Part shown: positions 9,511-18,428 of the stretch, one piece after another
Position numbering within the stretch: the first letter of the stretch is position 1
Layout: each line of letters opens with the position of its first letter
Assembly (NCBI GenBank): GCA_043825735.1
Contig: JBDRRP010000045.1
Location: 1 to 64,000 of the forward strand
Direction: 5' to 3'
Source of the DNA: Pseudomonadota bacterium
GTDB lineage: Bacteria; Desulfobacterota; Desulfobacteria; Desulfobacterales; JBDRRP01
DNA: 64,000 bases
The notes under the pieces: model-generated
Database searches by the model: none
Told to the model about the DNA's origin: nothing
The model's input: only the letters and a program-made list of their open reading frames with translations
Position numbers and translations under genes: made by a program

Positions 9511-11106
9511 ATGGCGAAAGACGATATGAAACCATGGCTCCAGGACCGCGTATTTGATGCCATGGGGCGTCCGGAGACCTACCCGGACCCGCCCCGGTCA
9601 GTGTCCTCACGGGAAACCCATATCTCCAAAGTGTTCATTGCCGGCCAGCGGGTCTACAAGATAAAAAAGGCGCTGGATCTGGGTTTTCTCGATTATACCA
9701 CCCTCGATCGCCGGCAGCATTTCTGCCAAGAGGAGGTCCGCCTCAACCGGCGTCTCAGCCAAGGCGTCTACCTGGGCGTGGTGCCCATCACAGACGACGG
9801 GGGCCGGCTTGCCATCGACGGCACCGGCACGCCCGTTGAGGCCGCCGTTTGCATGCGGCGACTGCCTGAATCCCGGTGTTTTCTGCGGATGCTGCATGCC
9901 GGCCGCATCACCGAGGCGCATATCCGTGAGCTTACCCGTGTCCTGTGCGGGTTTTTCAGTGGCGCCGCCACCGATTCGTGCATATCGACCTCCGGTTCTC
10001 CGGATCGGATCCGGCGCAACTGTGAAGAAAATTTCGAACAGCTCGCTCCCTTTGCCGGCCCCTTTCTTGATGCCGCCGACCTCTCCCGTATTCGTGAGTC
10101 AACGCTGGTCCATCTGTCGCGCCGGCAGCCGCTGTTCAACCATCGAATGGCATCGGGACGCATCCGCGAGGGCCACGGAGACCTGCGCACCGGGCACATC
10201 TACTTCGATGAGGGAATCCAGATCATCGACTGCATCGAGTTCGATGCGCGCTACCGCTGTGCCGACGTGGCCGCCGATGTTGCATTTATTGCCATGGATC
10301 TCGATGCCGAGGGATTTTCCACCTTCGGCAAAAGTATTGTCGCCGCGGTGGCTGAAGGAATCGATGACCCCGGCATGCTGGCGCTCATGCCGTTTTACCA
10401 GTGCTACCGGGCAATGGTGAGAATCAAGGTCTCCTGTCTCCAGCGTGTCCAAGTCGGCCGGCATGGGAACGCCGAGGCTCGCCTCAGCCGCGCAATCGCG
10501 CGGCTCATGACGCTGGCGGCCGGGTACGCCGCACGGATGATGCCGCCGGAGCTCTGGGTCGTCTGCGGATTGCCCGGATCGGGAAAGAGCACGGTGGCCG
10601 ATGCGCTCGGGCGCGCGCTCGCCTTGCCCGTTTTGAAATCCGACGCCATCCGAAAAGAAATCGCAGGCATCGCGCCGCAAGCCTCGGCGGTGGCCCCGTT
10701 TGCTGCGGGCATCTACTCCCCTGAAATGACCGCCGGCACCTACGACCAACTGGTTCTTCGGGCCGAAAACACCCTCCAATCGTCAGGCGGTGTAATCCTG
10801 GACGCGACCTTTGGCTCAGCCGCTCAGCGAGAACGGGTGATGCACATGGCCGCCGCACGGTCCGCCGCCCTGTGCTTTATTCACTGCACCGCCCCGGCAG
10901 CGATTCTTACCGACCGGCTGGCATCCCGACACGATGGGCCGTCGCTCTCCGATGCCCGGCCGCGTCACCTGCCCCGATTCATGGAGCGGTTTGAGCCGCT
11001 TGGCCCCGATGCCAGGGCCGGATATACGTGCATCGACACCACCCGGCCGGTTTCAGGCAATCTGGTGCGCGTCCTGTCGGAGTGGTTCCTGCCGACCGGG
11101 ATATGA
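9511..11106 (+). CDS. Aminoglycoside-phosphotransferase-like/AAA_33 P-loop kinase fusion (Rv2004c-like)
   Basis: ETHISKVF, YKIKK.LDLGFLDYTTL, EE.RLNRRL, HGDL, IIDCIEF. C-terminal Walker A GLPGSGKST, SD.IRK, ILDATF. Confidence 0.9.
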   Translation: MAKDDMKPWLQDRVFDAMGRPETYPDPPRSVSSRETHISKVFIAGQRVYKIKKALDLGFLDYTTLDRRQHFCQEEVRLNRRLSQGVYLGVVPITDDGGRLAIDGTGTPVEAAVCMRRLPESRCFLRMLHAGRITEAHIRELTRVLCGFFSGAATDSCISTSGSPDRIRRNCEENFEQLAPFAGPFLDAADLSRIRESTLVHLSRRQPLFNHRMASGRIREGHGDLRTGHIYFDEGIQIIDCIEFDARYRCADVAADVAFIAMDLDAEGFSTFGKSIVAAVAEGIDDPGMLALMPFYQCYRAMVRIKVSCLQRVQVGRHGNAEARLSRAIARLMTLAAGYAARMMPPELWVVCGLPGSGKSTVADALGRALALPVLKSDAIRKEIAGIAPQASAVAPFAAGIYSPEMTAGTYDQLVLRAENTLQSSGGVILDATFGSAAQRERVMHMAAARSAALCFIHCTAPAAILTDRLASRHDGPSLSDARPRHLPRFMERFEPLGPDARAGYTCIDTTRPVSGNLVRVLSEWFLPTGI

Positions 11107-11292
11107 ATCGGTCTTAAAGAAACGCGGATGTCCAGAAAGGCCAGTGTGGATCGGCTCGCAGAAGCACACCATCCAAATCGAAATCGGAAAGGCGTCCGGC
11201 CGCGACACGAAAACCTCACAAATGCGCCGGAATCGATACCGATAGCGATTTCGAATACCGACACGAGCGCCAAGGCGCATTTGTAGTGGCTT

Positions 11293-12651
11293 CTATCCAA
11301 ATTTTTTCAGCAGCACCAGCGCGATCTGAAAGTACATCCCGATACCGACCGCGTCGATAATGGTGGCGATAAACGGTCCGGCAGTGAGGGCCGGGTCCAG
11401 ACGCAGCCGCTTCAATGCCAGCGGAATCAGCGCGCCGGCCAGATTGGCCGTGAGCAGCGTCCCCAGCAGCGCGCTGCCGACGATGAGGCCCAGGATGATG
11501 TTTCGATCCTGGAGATAGACTCGAAACCAGGCCATCAGCCCTAAAGAGCACCCCAGCGCCAGCCCCATGAGCAGCTCCCGGCGGAACACCATTAGAAAGT
11601 CTTTCGGAGACACTTCCCCAAGGGCCAGTGCGCGCACCACCATGGTGGCAACTTGGGTGCCGGCATTGCCGCAGGTACCTGTCACCATGGGTATAAAAAA
11701 GGCAAGGGCCACCATCTGGCCTAGCACCGCCGCGTTAGCCTCCATAATGGTGGTGGACAAAAGCGAGGTGAACAGCAAGATCGCCAGCCAGCAGAACCGG
11801 CTCCAGAAGAGCCGCGGCAGGGAGCGCTTGAAATATTCCTCCTCGAAGGGAAGTACCGCAGAAATCCGATGAAAGTCCTCGGTGCTTTCGGCCTCGATGG
11901 TATCGATGATGTCATCGACCGTGACGATCCCCACCAGGCGTCCGTCCCCGGCAACAACAGGCAGCGCGATGAAGTCGTACTTGGATATGACCGAAGCCAC
12001 CTCCTCGACGGGCATGTCATGGGTAATGGAGATGAGGTTGGTGTTCATGACGGCGGAGATCAGCGTGTTGGCTCTGGCCACGATGAGCTCCCGCAGGCTT
12101 ACCGTTCCCAGCAGATGTCGCTCGGCGTCGATAATGTAGACGTAGTAGATGGTCTCTTTGTTGGTCGCCTGGAGCCGCAGCCGTTCCAGGGCCTCCCTGG
12201 CGGTGATGTCGACGGGCAGGTGGGCGTACTCGGTGGTCATGAGGGCCCCGGCCGTTCCTTCCGCATAGTCCCAGAGGCGCCGGATGTCGTTTCGCTCGGC
12301 CTGACTGATCAGCGGCATCATCACTTCGCGGATTTCAGGATCCACCACTTTGAGCAAGTCCACCCGGTCGTCAGGCTCCATGTTTTCAACAAACTGGAGC
12401 ATGATCCGGGTATTGCCGGTCTCAAGGCACTGGCGCTGGGTCTCTACGGGCAACTGCTGAAACGCTTCGACCGCTTTTCCGTTGCCCACGGTCAACAGCA
12501 TCTCGATAATTTGCTGGGGCGTTCGGTCCGAGGCTTCGAGCACTTCGGCGATGTCTGAAGGGTGGCACTCCTTGAGCAGAGCCTCGTCATCGCGGGCATC
12601 AGTACAAAGGGCCGCCGTCTGCGGCGGCGTTATGTCATCGCTGGTCTGCAT
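11293..12651 (-). CDS. mgtE: Magnesium transporter MgtE
   Basis: HPSDIAE N-domain, paired CBS domains (TAGALMT; LPVV..GRLVGIVTVDD), membrane domain with GNAGTQ and DPALTAGPFIATIIDAVG. Confidence 0.95.
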   Translation of the reverse strand: MQTSDDITPPQTAALCTDARDDEALLKECHPSDIAEVLEASDRTPQQIIEMLLTVGNGKAVEAFQQLPVETQRQCLETGNTRIMLQFVENMEPDDRVDLLKVVDPEIREVMMPLISQAERNDIRRLWDYAEGTAGALMTTEYAHLPVDITAREALERLRLQATNKETIYYVYIIDAERHLLGTVSLRELIVARANTLISAVMNTNLISITHDMPVEEVASVISKYDFIALPVVAGDGRLVGIVTVDDIIDTIEAESTEDFHRISAVLPFEEEYFKRSLPRLFWSRFCWLAILLFTSLLSTTIMEANAAVLGQMVALAFFIPMVTGTCGNAGTQVATMVVRALALGEVSPKDFLMVFRRELLMGLALGCSLGLMAWFRVYLQDRNIILGLIVGSALLGTLLTANLAGALIPLALKRLRLDPALTAGPFIATIIDAVGIGMYFQIALVLLKKFG

Positions 12652-12997
12652 GGGCGTCCTCCTATCCGTCGGTTCCGAATGGCACCCGGATACGGCGGCA
12701 GGGACGCGTCAGGCCTGAGAACTCGGCGGGCTCGGGCGTTCCTGGAGGGGTTCCGGGATACCGGCGGTCTTTGGGATGCGGGATAAACAGTCGAATTGCG
12801 CACGGCAATTCAAAGGCCGACTGCCAGGGTCTCCGTCTTTCATGGTTTCCTGTCTTTTCGAGTGTCTTGACCCGCCGGCAACGCCCTGCGGATCTCCATG
12901 ATAACACCGGCAACCGATCACCCAGGCACAGGCGATCCTGCCAGCGGCTAAATTATCCTTGCACTCCGGCAAAGGCAAGCAAAAACGCGGCGGATTG

Positions 12998-13372
12998 TCA
13001 CGCGTATCCCAGATCCGCCAGCTGATCCTCGTCAAATCCCAGAAAATGCGCCACCTCGTGAACCACGGTGATTCCGATCTCCTCCTCCAGCTCTGCCACA
13101 CTCCGGCAGCAACGCTCCAGGGGTTCCCTGAAGATGAGGATTTCATCGGGGTAGAGCGGGGGTTCCGTGACCGAGCGCTCCGGCAGCGGCAACCCGGTGT
13201 AGAGTCCAAAGAGGGTCTCCCCCTCGGGAACGCCCAATTCGGCCAGCAGCGCCCGCGGCGGCCGCTTTTCCACGATGATGGCCAGATTGTGAAGGTGACA
13301 GCGGATTTCTTCCGGAATGCGTGCGATGGCCCGCTCGACAGCCTGGTCGAACTGATCGGCGGTCAGTTTCAT
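12998..13372 (-). CDS. Minimal zincin metallopeptidase (Zincin_1 family)
   Basis: LFGLY.G.PL..R, PD.I.IFR.PL, TVVHEVAHFLG (HExxH). Its ATG overlaps the upstream SDR stop (ATGA). Confidence 0.9.
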   Translation of the reverse strand: MKLTADQFDQAVERAIARIPEEIRCHLHNLAIIVEKRPPRALLAELGVPEGETLFGLYTGLPLPERSVTEPPLYPDEILIFREPLERCCRSVAELEEEIGITVVHEVAHFLGFDEDQLADLGYA

Positions 13373-14199
13373 GGCACCTCACGATTGTGCGGTCGCACGG
13401 CACGTCTGGCATCGGCATCCATGATGCGGAACACCAGCGCCGGCAAAACACGGGAAACCCAGTAGGTGAGCGTGCCGTCCACGCCGGGAACGATAACGAA
13501 GCGCCCGGCCTGAATGCCCTTCAAGGCGCATTTTGCCACGGTATCAGCTGTCAGCAATCCACCGCGGCCGCTGACCGCCCTGGTTTCCAGCGGCTTGGTC
13601 CGGTTTTCCAGGTGAAAGCCCGGGGTGTCGGTATCCGGGGGGCACAACACCGAAACACCCATTCCCCGGGGTCGAAGTTCCGCACGCAGGGCCTCTGAAA
13701 AACCCATAACCCCGAATTTGGCAGCACAGTAGGCGCTGAACCCGAAAACACCGAGAAACCCCGCTACGGAGGAAACATTGAGAATGTGAGCGCCGCGTTT
13801 CAAAACGGGCAGGTGGGCCATCACAGTGTGCCGGGTGCCGAATAGATTGAGCCGGATCATGTGATCGAAGGCAGCCTCGTCAATGTCGTCGATATGGGCG
13901 GCCATTCCCTGACCGGCCGAATTAACCAGAATATCCGGCGGACCGAAAGTGCTGTGGGCCTCGGCGGCAGCCGAGGACACCGAACCGGCATCGGTGACGT
14001 CCACACTGAGGCTTTCACACCCCCGTCCGGGGGCGCGTGAATGCGCAGCGACGCGCTTGCAGGCGGCGGACAGGCGTGCGGTGTCCCGGGCCAGAAGCAC
14101 CACGCGGGCACCGGCAGCGGCCAGTCGCTCGGCAATGGCCAGACCGATGCCGCTGGAGCCGCCGTAAACATACGCGGTTTTCGCGTTGAATGCTTTCAT
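13369..14199 (-). CDS. SDR oxidoreductase, 3-ketodihydrosphingosine reductase (KDSR)-like
   Basis: ATG 14199 after GGAG. GGSSGIG, NSAG, SS, catalytic YCAAK, then PPDTDTPGF..ENRTKPLET. Confidence 0.88.
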   Translation of the reverse strand: MKAFNAKTAYVYGGSSGIGLAIAERLAAAGARVVLLARDTARLSAACKRVAAHSRAPGRGCESLSVDVTDAGSVSSAAAEAHSTFGPPDILVNSAGQGMAAHIDDIDEAAFDHMIRLNLFGTRHTVMAHLPVLKRGAHILNVSSVAGFLGVFGFSAYCAAKFGVMGFSEALRAELRPRGMGVSVLCPPDTDTPGFHLENRTKPLETRAVSGRGGLLTADTVAKCALKGIQAGRFVIVPGVDGTLTYWVSRVLPALVFRIMDADARRAVRPHNREVP

Positions 14200-14370
14200 G
14201 ATCGCTCCGATGGTCGACTGAAAGAAAATGGGCTGGAAAAGATTCGATAGTAGCTTCTGCCTAAGTCCGTAAGCAACAAAAAAGCGGTTGCACCCGCCGT
14301 CTGTTTGCCCCAATATCCTCCATGGTGCCGCTGTTACCCAACGGAACCATTTTTGAAAGGGAGCCCGCTT

Positions 14371-15195
14371 ATGGAAATCATCCGGTTGGAGCGCAGCGGC
14401 CATGTGGCCCACCTCATCTTGAACCGCCCGGAGCGTAAAAACGCCTTCAACGCAGCCATGTGGACCGCACTGGAGCAGCGCACCGCTGAAATTCGCGCCG
14501 ACCTTCCCCGGGTCCTGGTGGTATCCGGCAATCCCCTGGGCGGATTTTCCTCAGGCTTCGACGTCAATCCGGACAACCCCATGGTCGTACAGTTCATGCA
14601 GGCCCTGGAACAAAGCGACCGGCACCCGGCGGAAGCGCTCATTGCTCGGATGCGCACCGCCATCGACACCCTTACGCGCCTGCCCATACCGGTAATCGCG
14701 GCAATTACCGGTGATGCTTTCGGCGGCGGCGCCGAGCTGGCCATCCGGTGCGATATGCGGATCATGTCGGCCGATGCCCGGATCTGCTTTTCCGAAGTGA
14801 CATTGGGCCTGATGCCCGACTGGGGCGGTGGTGTGGCGCTGGCCCGCCTGGCTGGACGCGCCCGAGCCGCGGAGCTGATCCTCTCGGCAGAACCGGTGAC
14901 GGCCACGGCGGCGGCGGCCATGGGGCTGGCCAATAGATTGTGCCCGCCCGACGACGTCGTTTCCCAGGCCATGTCATTGGCCAGCCGGATTGCAGCCAAT
15001 GGACCGGGGGCTGTGCGCCGCGCCCTGTCGATTATCCGCGACACCCCGGACCTGCCCCAGCAAGCGGCCCTGGATCTTGAATCCGCGCGCGCCGTGGACC
15101 TGATCATGACCGGAGAGTGCGTTCACGGCATCACGGCATTTCTTTCCGATAAAAAGGCCGAATTCCCCGAACCTGAAAAGAACCGAACGTCATGA
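14371..15195 (+). CDS. Enoyl-CoA hydratase/isomerase family protein
   Basis: LNRPERKNAF, FSSGFD, PVIAAITGDAFGGGAELAIRCDMR, SEVTLGLMPDWGG. ATG 14371 with GGGAG RBS. Confidence 0.92.
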   Translation: MEIIRLERSGHVAHLILNRPERKNAFNAAMWTALEQRTAEIRADLPRVLVVSGNPLGGFSSGFDVNPDNPMVVQFMQALEQSDRHPAEALIARMRTAIDTLTRLPIPVIAAITGDAFGGGAELAIRCDMRIMSADARICFSEVTLGLMPDWGGGVALARLAGRARAAELILSAEPVTATAAAAMGLANRLCPPDDVVSQAMSLASRIAANGPGAVRRALSIIRDTPDLPQQAALDLESARAVDLIMTGECVHGITAFLSDKKAEFPEPEKNRTS

Positions 15196-16346
15196 CCCGA
15201 CGATTCTTCAAATGGATGATGGTGATCATCGTCCTGGCGGCGGCTGGGGTCTGGGTCTGGCACCTCACGCGGCCCAAGCCGATCGAGGTATCCGTGAAAA
15301 CCGTCAGCCGCGGCACGGTCGAGCGCACCGTGGCAAACACCCGGGCCGGCACCGTGAAGGCCTGCCGACGCGCCAAGCTGTCTCCCAGCATCGGCGGGCA
15401 GATTGCCCGGCTGCCCATCGCGGAGGGCGATGCGGTCAAAAAAGGCGATCTGCTGCTGGAACTGTGGAATGAGGATCTGGCCGCCCAGGCCCTGCTGGCC
15501 GAAGGCCAGGTGACCGCGGCGCGTGCCCGTGCCCGTGCGGTCTGCCTCAAGGCGGATGTGGCCCAGCGCAATGCCGACCGGCTGGTGGCGCTGCGCCGCA
15601 GCGATGTGGTCTCCGAGGAGCAGGCGGACAATGTCGTCGCGGTCGCCGCCGCCGCGCGCGCCGAATGCGTGGCAGCCCGCACCGAAGGCCTTGTCCGGGA
15701 GGCACAACTGACCGTCGCCCGCGCCAACCTGGCGCGCACACGGCTGACGGCGCCCTTCGATGGCGTGGTCGCCGAGATCCACGGCGAACTGTTCGAGGTC
15801 GTCACCCCCTCGCCCGTGGGCATCCCCACCCCGCCGGCCGTGGATCTCATCGACAGCACCTGTTTCTACATCTCGGCGCCCATCGACGAAGTGGACGCCG
15901 CCGGCATCCGGGTCGGCATGCCGGTGCGTATCAGCCTGGACGCCTTCGGCGACCGGCGTTTCGAAGGACAGGTACGTCGCATCGCCGACTACGTTTTGGA
16001 CGTGGAAAAGCAGGCCCGCACCGTGGATGTGGAGGTTTCCCTGGACGCCCCGGATGACCAGAAAACGCTCCTGGCAGGGTACAGCGCGGATATCGAGGTG
16101 ATCCTCGAAACCCGCAAAGACGTGGTGCGTGCGCCCACTGAGGCGATCCTGGAAGGCCGCCGCGTGTTCGTGTTCGACCCGGCGACATCGCGCGTCGCCG
16201 CCCGGGCGATCGGCACGGGTATCGCCAACTGGCAGTTCACCGAAGTGACGACGGGGCTGGCGCCGGACGATCAAGTGGTGGTCAACGTCGATCACCCGGA
16301 TCTCGCAGACGGGGCCCCGGCGCACCTCATGGAAAAAACCCGGTGA
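15192..16346 (+). CDS. Efflux periplasmic adaptor (MacA/HlyD-like membrane fusion protein)
   Basis: N-terminal TM, lipoyl-like EGDAVKKGDLL, helical hairpin, APFDGVV, IDEVD...I..G. Overlaps neighbours operon-style. Confidence 0.92.
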   Translation: MTRRFFKWMMVIIVLAAAGVWVWHLTRPKPIEVSVKTVSRGTVERTVANTRAGTVKACRRAKLSPSIGGQIARLPIAEGDAVKKGDLLLELWNEDLAAQALLAEGQVTAARARARAVCLKADVAQRNADRLVALRRSDVVSEEQADNVVAVAAAARAECVAARTEGLVREAQLTVARANLARTRLTAPFDGVVAEIHGELFEVVTPSPVGIPTPPAVDLIDSTCFYISAPIDEVDAAGIRVGMPVRISLDAFGDRRFEGQVRRIADYVLDVEKQARTVDVEVSLDAPDDQKTLLAGYSADIEVILETRKDVVRAPTEAILEGRRVFVFDPATSRVAARAIGTGIANWQFTEVTTGLAPDDQVVVNVDHPDLADGAPAHLMEKTR

Positions 16347-17023
16347 TCACACTGCACGGCATACGGCGCGTATTCCAGGTCGGCGACGAGACGGTATTTG
16401 GGCTGCGCAGCGTAAATCTCGCCATCGGCCCCGGTGAGTATCTCTCCATCATGGGGCCTTCCGGTTCGGGCAAGTCGACCCTGCTCAACATCATCGGCCT
16501 GCTGGACCGCCCGGATGCGGGAACCTACACGCTCGATTCCATGGACACCACGGCCCTCAGCGACCGTGAACAGGCAGCGGTGCGTCAGCACAAAATCGGG
16601 TTCATTTTCCAGTTCTTTCACCTGATCCCGAGACTGACGGCCGCAGAAAATGTGGAACTGCCCATGGTGCTCACCGGCGTCGACCCGGCGCAGCGAAAAG
16701 AGCGCGTGGCCGCCGCCCTGGCGCAACTCGGCCTTACCGACAGGGCCAGACACCGACCCGAGCAGCTCTCCGGCGGTCAGCGCCAGCGGGTGGCCATCGC
16801 CCGGGCGACCATCATGCGCCCGGCGCTCATCCTGGCCGACGAGCCCACCGGAAACCTGGACCGCGCCTCCGGAAGCGAGGTGATTCGCACCATCGAGACC
16901 CTGAACGAACAAGGAATGGCCATCGTCATGGTCACCCACGATCCTGAGCTGGGGTGCCGGGCCGCGCGGCAGGTCCACATGGCCGACGGCGATATCGTCT
17001 CCGACAGCGGAGTGGCCGTATGA
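16343..17023 (+). CDS. ABC transporter ATP-binding protein (MacB/LolD family)
   Basis: GPSGSGKST, IGFIFQ.FHL, LSGGQRQRVAIARA, ILADEPTGNLD, VTHD. Confidence 0.96.
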   Translation: MITLHGIRRVFQVGDETVFGLRSVNLAIGPGEYLSIMGPSGSGKSTLLNIIGLLDRPDAGTYTLDSMDTTALSDREQAAVRQHKIGFIFQFFHLIPRLTAAENVELPMVLTGVDPAQRKERVAAALAQLGLTDRARHRPEQLSGGQRQRVAIARATIMRPALILADEPTGNLDRASGSEVIRTIETLNEQGMAIVMVTHDPELGCRAARQVHMADGDIVSDSGVAV

Positions 17024-18225
17024 AACCCCTGGATATCCTGCGCTTCGGCGGACGCTCACTTAGCGGTTACCCCATGCGCACCGGCCTGATGCTTCTGGCC
17101 ATGGGCATTGGCGTCGCCTCGGTGGTCGTCCTCACCGCCCTGGGGGAAGGGGCGCGCCGCTACGTATCGGAAAAGTTCGTTTCCCTGGGAACGCATCTGC
17201 TCATCGTGCTGCCGGGGCGATCCGAAACAGTGGGCGGCCCACCCCCGCTCATTGGTGAAACGCCGCGCGATCTCACCATCGAAGACGCCCTGGCACTCAC
17301 GCGCAGCAGCGCGGTCCGCAGGGTGGCGCCGATCATCGTAGGCTCGGCCCCGGTGGCGCAGGGGCGCCTGACGCGCGAAACCCTGATCGTGGGCGCCACG
17401 GCCGACTGGTTTGCGGTGCGCGATCTTGTCATGGCCCAGGGGCGCATCCTTCCGGCCGGGGACGTGACCCGCGGCGATGCCGTGTGCGTCATCGGCCAGA
17501 AGCTCAAGACCGAGCTGTTCGGCAACGCGGCTGCACTGGGACGATTCGTGCGCATCGGCGAGCGGCGGTTCCGGGTCATCGGCATCATGAGCCGGACCGG
17601 CCAGTCTCTGGGGGTCGATATCAGCGATGTGGCCATCATTCCCGTGGCCTCGGCCAAGGCTGTTTTCAACCGCTCTTCGCTGTTTCGCATCCTGGTGCAG
17701 GCCCGAAGCCGGGAGGCCATACCACGGGCCAAGCAGGCCATCCTCGACACGATCCGGGACCGTCATGACGGGGAAGACGATGTCACCGTCATCACTCAGG
17801 ACGCCGTGCTCGCCACCTTCGACCGGATCATCACTGCACTGACCCTGGCGGTCGCCGGTATCGCCGCCATCAGCCTGGCGGTTGCCGGCATCCTGATCAT
17901 GAACGTCATGCTCATCGCCGTTTCCCAGCGCACGGCCGAAATCGGGCTGCTCAAGGCGCTGGGCGCGCCTTCCGGACAGATTCTTCGGCTGTTTCTTTCC
18001 GAGTCGGCCATGCTGTCCCTGACCGGCGCGGCGGGGGGCCTTTTGCTGGCCGCGGCAGGGGTCGCCGCCATGGGAAAAATATTTCCCGATTTTCCGATGA
18101 CCGTCCCGACCTGGGCCCCGGCGGCAGCCGTGGGCGTGGCCCTGGCATCGGGACTCGTCTTCGGTGTCCTGCCGGCGCGCCGGGCGGCGCGGCTGGATCC
18201 CGTCACGTCGCTCTCACGGCGGTAG
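17020..18225 (+). CDS. ABC transporter permease (MacB/FtsX family)
   Basis: ATG 17020 overlaps the upstream stop. LLAMGIGVASV, periplasmic domain, IAAISL.VAGILIMNVM..V.QRTAEIGLLKALGA, PARRAARLDPV. Confidence 0.93.
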   Translation: MKPLDILRFGGRSLSGYPMRTGLMLLAMGIGVASVVVLTALGEGARRYVSEKFVSLGTHLLIVLPGRSETVGGPPPLIGETPRDLTIEDALALTRSSAVRRVAPIIVGSAPVAQGRLTRETLIVGATADWFAVRDLVMAQGRILPAGDVTRGDAVCVIGQKLKTELFGNAAALGRFVRIGERRFRVIGIMSRTGQSLGVDISDVAIIPVASAKAVFNRSSLFRILVQARSREAIPRAKQAILDTIRDRHDGEDDVTVITQDAVLATFDRIITALTLAVAGIAAISLAVAGILIMNVMLIAVSQRTAEIGLLKALGAPSGQILRLFLSESAMLSLTGAAGGLLLAAAGVAAMGKIFPDFPMTVPTWAPAAAVGVALASGLVFGVLPARRAARLDPVTSLSRR

Positions 18226-18428
18226 ACGCTGGAAAAGCAGGGATTGATGATTTCCAATACTCTGCGTCTTTGTGCCCCTGCGCGAGAATGTTGTTTGGCT
18301 TTATTTTCGAGATTTTCTTGGTTCACATTCAGTGCTGCGAATGAGGTAGACTTGGGAAGTTTGCAGCCGCAGGATCTGAAATACACGACCTCCGGCGCAG
18401 CAACCGGTTTCGACAGGAACGTTCCATC

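Noticed and set aside
12652..12997. M-box (ykoK) riboswitch upstream of mgtE
   Set aside because: Conserved M-box sequence blocks were not recognised by eye; an Infernal search would be needed.
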